A DNA stretch of 64,000 bases from Mayamaea pseudoterrestris (lineage: Eukaryota): contig BROI01000009.1 in NCBI GenBank assembly GCA_027923505.1, positions 496,001 through 560,000 on the forward strand. Direction: 5' to 3'. The notes under the pieces were generated by a model. The model was not told the DNA's origin. It searched no databases and worked only from the letters and a program-made list of their open reading frames with translations. Below are positions 54,716-64,000 of this stretch, one piece after another. Numbering within the stretch: the stretch's first letter is position 1; each line of letters opens with the position of its first letter. A program made the translations under genes and the position numbers.

Positions 54716-55222
54716 ATGACGACGACAAAGAAAAGCATTGCAGCTTCTATTGGATCAGCTTATGGCGCAGAAATGACAAAGGCCATTGCGAGTGGCGACA
54801 TTTCTGGATTTCGGGCCCTGTTTATTGACGAACCAGTCCTTGTCGTTTTACAGAATGCGGTGGGCGAGGAAGCCGAGTTTACCATTGCTGATGCTGCTCC
54901 AGAGGGTGAAATTGATCCAGTAGTCACCATGACGTGGGACGACTTTCGCGACATGGCTCTCAAGGACTTGAAGGATCAGGACTACTCCAAGACTGAGACG
55001 CAGTGTCTCGGAACGCTTGGCAATCGCATGATTATGGAGAGTGGAAGATTTGATACGTCAGGAAATGTTTACTTGGAGACGTATCAATTGATTAGCTTTG
55101 ATGATCAGGGCAAAATTACGGCTGTTGAAATCTTTGCCGATCCGGCGGCGACGTCGCTCTTCGAGGCTGCCACTGCGTCGACTGTCGAGAAGGGTGATGG
55201 TGCCGTACTTGCTGCGGAGTAA
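54716..55222 (+). CDS. Small acidic protein, possibly NTF2/SnoaL-like fold, 168 aa
   Basis: ATG-initiated ORF. The pattern 'AIASGDISGFRALF...LISFDDQGKITAVEIF' resembles SnoaL-like domains. Confidence 0.7.
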   Translation: MTTTKKSIAASIGSAYGAEMTKAIASGDISGFRALFIDEPVLVVLQNAVGEEAEFTIADAAPEGEIDPVVTMTWDDFRDMALKDLKDQDYSKTETQCLGTLGNRMIMESGRFDTSGNVYLETYQLISFDDQGKITAVEIFADPAATSLFEAATASTVEKGDGAVLAAE

Positions 55223-55351
55223 ATAAATAGTAGCGATAGATCGCCAATGATTGCAAGTGTAATGATCCTACTGTATGCATACCGTAGCTTCCTGCTTGCA
55301 CAATTTGGTCTACCAAACACCAAACTAACTGTAAACTGAAAATCATTAGTA

Positions 55352-55957
55352 CTAGTAACGTCCCACCATGCGGGCCCGACGACGAGCTCCCAATCCACCC
55401 ATGGCTCCACCTGTTGCACCCATGGCTGCTCCAACCTTGGCTCCTTGACCGGGATCGCCACAAATGGCCCCGGCGACGGCTCCCATAATAGCTCCACGAG
55501 CTGCTCCACCAGCGGCACCACGAACGACTGGATGGCCCATTGGCGGCTGCTGTTGACGTGGAGCAGGCGCCGGGGCGTAGGCTGGAGCCGGTGCATATGC
55601 TTGCGACGATGGTTGCTGCTGCTGCTGCTGCTGCTGCTGGTTCGACGAATGGAGACGTTGAATTTCGGCTCGCAGCTGCGCATTCTCCGACTGCAGCTGT
55701 TGGATGCGCGCCACATCGTTTGAGCTGCCCGCACCAGTCGCCATTCCCTTGGAAACATCCAAACAGCGCAGAATCTTCTTGGCCTGCAAGCCAGAGCATC
55801 CGACCTCGCGCAAATCTTCCTCCGCCAAGTCGGTCAGCAAACCTCCATCCACGGCGGCCGACTTGAACTCCTGCGCCAGTTCGCCTAGTCCAACGGCGAC
55901 GAGCCACATGCCGACCTCATCAGTGGTAAAATCCTTTGGATGCTTGGGAGCGGACAT
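55352..55957 (-). CDS. SAM domain + coiled coil + polyQ/Pro linker + glycine-zipper protein, 201 aa
   Basis: SAM: FTTDEVGMWLVAVGLGELAQEF...VDGGLLTDLAEEDLREVG...KKIL. GxxxG zipper: GAAGGAARGAIMGAVAGAICG...GAAMGATGGAMGG. Confidence 0.85.
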   Translation of the reverse strand: MSAPKHPKDFTTDEVGMWLVAVGLGELAQEFKSAAVDGGLLTDLAEEDLREVGCSGLQAKKILRCLDVSKGMATGAGSSNDVARIQQLQSENAQLRAEIQRLHSSNQQQQQQQQQPSSQAYAPAPAYAPAPAPRQQQPPMGHPVVRGAAGGAARGAIMGAVAGAICGDPGQGAKVGAAMGATGGAMGGLGARRRARMVGRY

Positions 55958-56321
55958 GCTTGATTGCTTTTGTCAAACAATCAATCAATCAAAAAATAAT
56001 GTTTGCTGACGAAAACAGGAGCAGCTGTTTGCAGTTTGCAGATGGATCCAAGCTTGGGAACGAGAACCATCCTCGAAGCGTTTCGTGTGAATCGTGAATC
56101 GAGCTATGCTGGCGCGCTGGGTCATGACGTACTTTATTCTCACCAATGGGAACCGGGCATCCAACAGCCAATAGAAATGTCGGAAACAGTGATTCAGTTG
56201 TGGTGCGACAAATTGTTCCGCCCCGCCGACATTGTTTTTCTTTCGTCCACTCGCTCGACGCTTGATGATCTCGCTGTTGTCGCCTACACTACCTTAGTTT
56301 CGCTTGCTCTCACGGATTAGC

Positions 56322-56977
56322 ATGGTAGAGATAAAGAGACAATATAGTAGCGTAAGTCATCACTTGATTGGGTATCATAACGGATGTGATGCACTACACA
56401 CGTCGCTGTCGCCATCTAAATCAGCTTCGGCTTCGTTGCGCTTGTTGCTTGTCAACGCGTGGTTGTTGTTGCTTTCGTTGTGACTCATCTTCTCTTCTAT
56501 TTATTAGTCCAAGCTACCTCCAGAAGTGAATCGAGTGCTGTAAGTAAGGGCTGGTAGTGCCTAGCATGAGAGTTTCAGTGGGATGCTGTCATGATGCACT
56601 GGCTCTCCTCGCCATTATTTTCTTACATCCTCTTTTTATAACAACGCAGCTACGTTCGTAATCTGCCGTATATAATATCTGGCGAGGAGCTCTACGCAAT
56701 ATTTGGCAAATACGGTGCCGTCTATCAGATTCGACTTGGCGATAAGAACAAGGACACGCGCGGAACAGCCTTTGTCGTTTACGAGGATATCTACGACGCC
56801 AAGGCTGCCGTTGATCATTTGAGTGGGTTCCAAGTCGGTGGGCGCTATTTGGTCGTCTTATACTACCAACCACAAAAGTTTGAAAAGCGAGCGCAACTGA
56901 AGGAGAGGGAAGACGAGTTACAGGAACTGCGGACGCGAGTGCAGAACAAAAAGGCGGCCATGGAGAAAAAGAGATAG
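56322..56977 (+). CDS. SF3B6: Splicing factor 3B subunit 6 (p14, branch-site RRM protein); 3 exons (56322-56351, 56508-56539, 56650-56977), 129 aa; absent from the ORF track
   Basis: Spliced sequence [40 protein letters not shown]...TRGTAFVVYEDIYDAKAAVDHLSGFQVGGRYLVVLYYQ. Two GTAAGT...AG introns. Confidence 0.95.
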
Positions 56978-58012
56978 ATAACGAAGGCTCAATAGTATAT
57001 AATACGTGCACCACATTTTTGCAAGCTTGGTTACACGTTGAGATTGCTGCTGCAGCATGCGGCGCGTTGGGTTTGCCATTGCATGGGCAGAGACTGCGCA
57101 CATTTGCTAGTTGACTATCAAGTAAATTCGACGCTAATTGACTTTTTGCGACTATCGACTAATAGGATAGACATCATTTTCAAGTTATAGCGACAAGCGG
57201 CTCGACGCGGTGAAGAAAGGAGGACGCATTGGTGACAGAACTTGAAATCAACAAACCCACCTTGCGTACACGAAGGACACACATTGAACACATATTGTGG
57301 CCATCGATTAGGCCTCGAATCAATAACGTAAGCATTCATCGATAAAATTTGTGCATCGCATGCATGACAATGTGGCAAAGTGCGACTCGAGTCAGCCAGC
57401 CGAACTACAAGATCCACTGTCTTTCCGGCGCTAAACGCCCAGTTGAGTGGGATCAAGTAATGGCAAACGAAATGTTACTGTTGCACGGCCAACGCTTCAT
57501 CGCGGTTTGGTCCGAGTTACAACAGTTTTCGCTCGTCGCAACCAGCAGTGTTGAGATAGCTGTTGTGGGTCGAAGGGATGAAGCAAATGGGCCAACGTCG
57601 AAAGGTTCAAGCTCGAGCAGTTCCGGCCGTCCTGGTCTAAAACGAATCACATTGTCTTGTTGTATATCATCTGACTGACAGGGCTCTCAGTACCACCGGG
57701 TTGAACTTGGAACGTATACATACTCATAGAATGGCAGAATGCTCACGAGTCTGGAAGGTTAACGATCTTCGCAATGAAGCATCTATACTCGCCTAACACT
57801 ATAAGATCATAGTATAAACACCTCTTATCTCTGATATGTTTTTATCATCGGTTGTGTCTGGTTAATTCATTCAACATGTGAAAAAAAGAGGTGACGCTGT
57901 CGAGATGCACAAAATACCCAAGATCTTTCACGGCTCACACACGAAACCGCACCGCAAATCTCGACCAATCGCCATAGCAAAGTGACTGACCAATAATTAG
58001 AAGCCGTAAGGT

Positions 58013-58546
58013 TCACTGAAATTCGGTCGACTCGTCCCCGTCGTTCTCCGTGCATCCCAAAAAGTGGTTCCAACCACGCCAGTCCCCAGACTGTTGGTAG
58101 TATTCGTCCGGCATACTTGGAATATATGAGTTGCGCTTCTCCCCCAAGCTTATCCATGTTCGCCAATCTTCCTCACTTTGCCATCGTGAACCCCAAGCTT
58201 GCACCCATTTACGACAGTCGTCATAGGGCAGAAAACGTGGTTGCGACTTAAGAAAGCGGGCAGTATGTTGCTCCTCGAGACGAAGCTTCGCGACGCGCCA
58301 CGTAAGATCAGCAATGACTTGACCGTTGTTGTTGTTGCTATCCATAGAGTCAAAACCGTCATCATATATTTCGTCGTCACCCACATCGTCCATGTTTGCG
58401 GCGCCATGGAGTGCGCAATTGATAAGAGCGCTACCGGAACGCGACTGTCGCATCAGTGTACATTTTGACACAAGACCAATCCCAAGCACTATGTTGAAGC
58501 GCACAAGGCATAGACAAGATACAATTAATATTCTCTTCCAGTGCAA
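58013..58546 (-). CDS. Small protein with a Trp-rich helical domain of the helicase-associated / integrase-repeat-like type (start uncertain: TTG 58546 or ATG 58453)
   Basis: FLPYDDCRKWVQAWG...EDWRTWISLGEKRNSYIPSMPDEYYQQSGDWRGWNHFLG. Confidence 0.7.
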   Translation of the reverse strand: MHWKRILIVSCLCLVRFNIVLGIGLVSKCTLMRQSRSGSALINCALHGAANMDDVGDDEIYDDGFDSMDSNNNNGQVIADLTWRVAKLRLEEQHTARFLKSQPRFLPYDDCRKWVQAWGSRWQSEEDWRTWISLGEKRNSYIPSMPDEYYQQSGDWRGWNHFLGCTENDGDESTEFQ

Positions 58547-58581
58547 CGTGTTGATAGACGTGCGTCGCTGCCGTGCTGCGC

Positions 58582-59203
58582 CTACTCCTCCTTTTCGCCC
58601 GTAGGTGCTGCTGCAGCAAAAGTAGCAGCATCGTTTGGAAGTCCTAGGGCTTGCAAAATGGCTGCACGACCTTTCACGCTGTTGACAACTTTGTTGTTGA
58701 CTACCTGTAAATGAGATTTAAGAGACAAAGTTGAGTATACATAGTTTGAGAGGCATTGTCAAGTCTGTCATGGAACTCACCAAATTGGGACCGTAGCCGC
58801 ACTCTCCTTGGCACGAACAAGATTCGACCTTGAAACGAGGCTTTCTCTCGTCGTCTTCTTGGACAAGCTACACAGTGATAAATAGGTGAGAGTTTTATGT
58901 AACGACTCAGTCATATTGCTCGCATGTGCTTGCGCAATATTTACGTACCTGATCCACTGCCCTCAGTAGCTTCGGTCCGCCTCCGATTCGCTTGCAGTCC
59001 TTTCCGTGACAAACCTGAATAGTCGTCGTTGTGGGTGCAAATGTCTTGGTAGCATCTGTCACGGGCTCCTTGTTGCTCTTCATTGCGACAATGAATGTTC
59101 GACGAGCTGATGGTAACGGCGGAATCCATGCCGTCGCAGGCATTGGAATATTGACGAGAAACGAGACTGCAGCTGCCACAATTAGAGATGCACATGCTTT
59201 CAT
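58582..59203 (-). CDS. Thioredoxin-like [2Fe-2S] ferredoxin with a bipartite (plastid-type) leader; 3 exons (59203-58949, 58867-58781, 58704-58582), 154 aa
   Basis: Spliced sequence IQVCHGKDCKRIGG...VESCSCQGECGYGPNL/VVNNKVVNSVKG. The signal peptide ends ATA-W. Two phase-0 GT-AG introns. Confidence 0.88.
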
Positions 59204-59489
59204 GATACTCAAGCGTTTGTTCCCGATGGACTACTGCTTCCATATGATACACAGCTATGTCTTGGTGAGTTGCGTGATGCGCTCATGTTGAATGGCGAAG
59301 AAAGGCACCGTCATCGCATCGTCGTCGCCGTCGATGGTTTTGTTGCGGCCGAAATGAAAGAATGAGTATTCATGAATTGTGTACTCAAAAAACAATAGTG
59401 ATCAGCAAGTCACGGTCCGACATCTCTGTTCGTAATCGTGATCGTCCGTTTCCACACATTTGCGACATGCCTCTCCACACACTGAGACC

Positions 59490-60209
59490 ATGATTGGCAA
59501 CATGGACGAAATGTCGGCTCTCGAACTAATTGATGATGCTATTGCCAATTTGGAAGCTCGTCTTGGTATACATGAGCAAGGAACTAGCGGAACCTCGAAG
59601 AAGAAGGAGCCCCAAATGATACCCAAGACAAAGAAAGAGCAACCACCCAAGAACAAGCAGCCAAAAGCGTCGCCACCAGCTGAAATTGACGACAATCTGC
59701 CGGACATTTGCAAGATTGAGTTCAAAGTGGGCGTCATCACCAAAGTTTGGGTCCACGAAACGGCCGACAAGCTCTACTGCGAGGAAATTGACTGCGGCGA
59801 GCCAGCACTTCGTCAGATCGCCAGTGGACTGCGTCCGCACTTTTCCCTTGAACAAATGCAAGGGCAGCGACTCTTGGTGGTTGCAAACTTGAAGGCCAAG
59901 AACTTGGTCGGTTTCAAGTCGCATGGTATGGTTCTTTGTGCGGCTGCCACGCGAGAGGATGGAAGTGACTTGGTTGAGTTTGTCGAACCTCCACTTGATG
60001 CGCCCATCGGCGAAGTTGTCTCGTTTCAAGGTTTGCCAGCACCGCAACCAGCGACGGCAGCGCAAGTCGAAAAGAAGAAATTGTTTCAAGCATGCATGGA
60101 TGGCATGAAAACGACGGACGATTGTCAAGCGGCATGGAACGGTCATATCTTTACGACGAGTCGAGGTCCATGCACTGTCAAGACAATCAAGTGCGGCACC
60201 TTGCGTTAA
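59490..60209 (+). CDS. OB-fold tRNA-binding domain protein (EMAP-II / Arc1p / Trbp111-like)
   Basis: IEFKVGVITKVWVHETADKLYCEEIDCGE...RQIASGL...VVANLKAKNLVGFKSHGMVLCA. Confidence 0.93.
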   Translation: MIGNMDEMSALELIDDAIANLEARLGIHEQGTSGTSKKKEPQMIPKTKKEQPPKNKQPKASPPAEIDDNLPDICKIEFKVGVITKVWVHETADKLYCEEIDCGEPALRQIASGLRPHFSLEQMQGQRLLVVANLKAKNLVGFKSHGMVLCAAATREDGSDLVEFVEPPLDAPIGEVVSFQGLPAPQPATAAQVEKKKLFQACMDGMKTTDDCQAAWNGHIFTTSRGPCTVKTIKCGTLR

Positions 60210-60674
60210 ATGGGTAAATCTCAAATATTGTATAGTAGTGACTGTGAAACACCATGATAGGTTGTCATCCTTGTGCGAGTAGTCTACCGGTAGCTGGCAA
60301 TCATTGTTATTGACAGCAGAGCATCTTTCGCGACGTCGATGGCATCGATAGCTTCGCACGACTCCTCCATTTGTGCATTGCGTTACTCTGCCGGTATATG
60401 ATGTGCAGAAAAAATAATGAACACAACTACCGGTAGTAGAGTATTAGAGTAACACTACGACATTGGTCACAGCAAAAAGGAGCATGAATTTCGACTTTCG
60501 ACCGCATCGCATGCAGCATGATGTTGTGATGACCATGGCAGCTTGATCTCCAAATAGCGCTAGTATACCCTCGCAACATCCATGAACTAGAGGACTGTTT
60601 CCTATAGTGTCAAAGCCAAGGACGACGTGGACGACGTAGTGATTCCATTCTCTCTTTGCATCTTTTGATCCAAA

Positions 60675-63600
60675 ATGGCACCTTCAGACGCTAGCGACAC
60701 GGATTCTGCCAACGACGAGTCTGGAGCTGACTATGAATCCGATTCGGAATCGGATGAAATACAAAGGCAACGACGAAAGGAAGAAAAAAAGAAACGAAAA
60801 AAGGCGGAAAAGAAGAAGAAAAAGGCACAGAAGAAAAAAGTACGTTGGATCGACATGGATTGTGTTGTTGTCCCCAGCAGATCACTCAAGAAAGCCCTAT
60901 AAACTACTACACTTTATACAGGAGCAGAAAGAGAAGAAGGCCAAAAAGGAGAAGAAAAACTCCAAGATGGACAAAATAAAGAAGAAGTTAAAGTCCAACG
61001 ACTCGGAATCGTCTAGTGAATTTGAAGACGACGAGAGTGACGATGAACGGTCAGGCATGATGAAACAAAATGCGGTACGTGCAGAATTAAATTGGTGTAC
61101 GAGCATATCAATGAAGCTTCTTGCTCATATATGTTTTCAAGGAAATTGTGCATACGCCTGTTGACGTTACACCACTAGCAACAGTAACCGACTGTGTCGA
61201 GGAACACGTGGAGGACGAGGACGAGGATGATGATGACTTGGATATTTTGCTAATGCCAATTAACAAGCCAAATGTAAATGACTTTGCAGCCATTCGAGAG
61301 GCGGCTGCAATGAAGGAGCGAGAGCTACAGGAACGTAGAATGAAGGAAGATGCCAAGCGCCTCGAAATGCAGCGTCGCAACGAAGCTGAGCAAGCACAGT
61401 TGGAGTTACGGCGAGCTGATAACGAACGCCTCGCGGAGATAAAACGAGCGGAAGAGAGACGCCGCAAAGAAGAAGAGCAAAACTGTTTACAAGCGGAGGC
61501 AATGGAGAGGCAACGACTGGAAGATGCTCACTTGTTAAATCTTATCGCTCGAAAGGAAGCTGATGCTGCCAGTGAGCTCAAAGCTCTTCGAGAAGCGACA
61601 GCAAAGAAGGAGAAGATACGCCAGGAACGCATCAAAGAACAGGTAGAGACCAGGCGACTCAACGATGCTGCTGCGCGAGCGAGACAGGAAGAGCTCGATC
61701 GTATAGCGGCGGAACGATGCGCTCAACAAGCAACAGTAGACGATGAACGTCGACGACAAAATGAAGCTAAGCGCGCGCGTCGGGAACAAAAGGCGGCAAA
61801 GAAAGCACGAGAGCAGGCACGGATAGAAGAAGAGCGGGTAGCTGGCCTGAAAGCGAAAGAAGATGATGATCGAAAGAATCGCGAAGCGGAGCAACAGGCA
61901 TTGCTCGTCGAGGCAGCCAAAAAGCAGGCAGAGCTTGCTGAACGAAAATCGACGAAAGCCGCTCGGCTAGCAGCGTTTAAAGAAACAGAGAGATTGGAAC
62001 GTGAGGCTATCGACCAAATTAGAAACGCACGCTTAAAGCGAGAGGCGGACGGACGACGCATGCGCGATGTAGAACTCGCCCGAATTGCGGAGCAGGAAGC
62101 CCAGGAAGAACAAGCTCGTCGTAAAGAAGAACTGGCTTTCCAAACACAACTAAAACGCAGAAACATGCTGGAACAGCAGCGCAAAGAAGAGAAAATGGAA
62201 CAACTTTCACAAGAGCGAGCTTCCGAAAAAGAGCGACGTGCTGAAGCCCGGCGAAAAATTCGCGAGGCCAACGACGAATTGACGCGTAGCAATTTGGAAG
62301 AGTTGGAACGCGTTACTTGTGAACGGATTGCGCGAGAGGCTGAAGAGGCACGTTTGCGCGAGGAAATATTGCGGGGGCAACATGAGAAGGAATTTCAAGA
62401 GTTAGAGGCGCAGTGTTTGGCAGATTTAGCGGAAAAGGAAGCTGAGCTGCGCCGGAAGAAAGCTGATATGGAGCGACAGATAGAACTTGAGAAAGAAGAA
62501 GAAGTTCGCTGTGCTAGGAAGCGGGCGAAGAAGCGTGCTGAAGCTGCAACGAGGAAGTTAACAGAGCAGCTGAAGTGGGAGGAAGCTCATCGTCGCGATT
62601 TGGAAGAGATACAGAGGCTCAAGCAAGAGACACGAATTAAAGCCGCAGCGTTAGAGCATGAGCATTTAGAATTGCTGAAGAAAGTTGCCGAAGAAGAAGC
62701 CGCTGAACTGGAACGACAACGTGAGGAGCGAGCGGCTGAGGAACTCGATAAGTTGAAGCAGCAAAATGAGCAGGATCAAAGGAAATTTTTGGAGCATCAG
62801 CAGCTGATTGAGGATGCTTACCAGCGGGATAAGGAGCTAGCCAAGCAGAAAAAGTTAAAGCAGGCTGAGCAAAGGGCATGGGAGGAAAATTACCGTCGCG
62901 AACTTGCCGAGTTGGAGACTGTCAAAGAGGTATGTCGTTACACCGACAGTTTGGTTTGCTCGAGGAAAGCACAATCTAGGTATCAGTTGTTTGCGGGTGC
63001 GGGCATTTACATTCGCTTGCAATGGAAAGGTTCGATTCATGGCATGTTAACAGCAACTTCAAAATCTAACTCGAATTTTATATGTCCTGTAACAGGCGAG
63101 ACTCGATAAACGACGGCAAGAAGAGCTCGATATACAGGAGGCACTACGCAAACAACAGGAAGACGAAGGTGCTGCAAATGCTCAGGAAGCCGAAAATCTA
63201 CGATCTGCCCAAGAAGAGAAGCGCATTCAGCGTGAGGCTTGGCAACTTGAGAAGCAGCTTGAGTACCAGCAAGAACTAAAGGACGCCGAAGCGCGGATTC
63301 GTTTATTGGCAGAGCAGAGGCAACAAAAGGCCGCAGAACGATTGACATTCTTAGAAAAAAACCAACGCGATATGGACGAGATCGCGAAACAAGTTGCGAT
63401 TAGGAAGCGAAGCCAGGCTGAGCAAGAAGCTCTGGAGCGCCAGGAGGCTTTACGTGCTCAACATGACGCCGAGGCTGTAGAAAAGGCTCTTCTCGACGTA
63501 CAGCAACGGGCCAAGGACGATGAGCTGCGCCAAAAGCTCGAACGAAAAGCTGAAAGGGAACGAATTGCTTGCGAACGCGACATTAGGGAAGCCGCGGAGC

Positions 63601-64000
63601 ATGTTCAAGCATTGAAAGTCGCTAAAGCGTTGAAAGAGGCACGCCAAAAGGAATGGGAGGAGAATCATCAGAAGGAACTTGCAGACATTGAGAAAAATAT
63701 GCAGCTGCGAATCCTCAGGGAGGAACAAGAAGAGGAGGAGCGACGAGAAGCTCTTCGAATGGAAAGGCAGGAAGAAGAACTGGCTTTTGCGCGCGCCATT
63801 GCGGAGCAGGAAGCTATGGTTGATCTCAAACGTCGACAACAGACAGAAGATGCCCTGGTTTACAAACTGCAACGTGAAAAGGATTTGATCGAAGTTGAGT
63901 CTCATATTAAAAGGTTGGCGCTGCAAAAGTCCCAAAAAGAATTAGAAAAGCAAGTATGGGAAGAGAACTATCGCAAAGAGACTCTAGAGATTGAGCGATC
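60675..64000 (+). CDS. Very long E/R/K-rich coiled-coil (or single alpha-helix) protein, runs off the window; exons 60675-60839, 60922-61074, 61142-62929, 63096->64000
   Basis: Three phase-0 GT-AG introns join the ORFs in frame. The last exon reads ARLDKRRQEELDIQEAL... in charged helical sequence. Confidence 0.85.

Noticed and set aside
59526..60359. Long antisense ORFs (e.g. 277 aa here, 14632-15288, 19799-20368, 41996-42640, 55116-55907)
   Set aside because: Shadows of well-supported genes or repeats on the opposite strand or in another frame, with no independent motifs.

Overview
Compact eukaryotic nuclear DNA with short GT-AG introns and tightly packed genes. The gene families present fit a diatom best (inference). 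From about 23 kb onward most genes are recognisable: a GT25 fusion, an ankyrin/ARM protein, a 12xWW-Sec16, SUCLG1, TMEM184/OST-alpha, a bZIP factor, a SET protein, a SAM protein, SF3B6, a thioredoxin-like [2Fe-2S] ferredoxin, an EMAP-II/Arc1p-type tRNA-binding protein and a large coiled-coil protein. Several of these only appear once the introns are spliced by hand. The 7.3-23 kb block is an accessory island of orphan proteins, each a globular domain plus tandem coiled-coil repeats. The standout is an orphan gene into which a ~1.09-kb inverted copy of its own coding sequence has been inserted (arms 9070-10155 and 10165-11277, 9-nt loop). The insert sits between 7-bp direct repeats (TGTCCCT), and the original C-terminal coding segment is still readable at 9055-8917. 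The locus now looks like a natural long-hairpin (hpRNA) gene. By manual count, 11 of 15 arm differences are CpG transitions, a footprint expected from methylation. Other leads: an identical duplication of a DDI1-like protease gene, a securin-like D-box protein, an unrecognised tandem domain, a periodic palindromic motif array at 47.7-48.4 kb, and an over-represented CTACCGGTAG palindrome. No tRNA, rRNA, CRISPR array or intact transposase/RT was seen. All family calls come from motif recognition by eye, without database searches.
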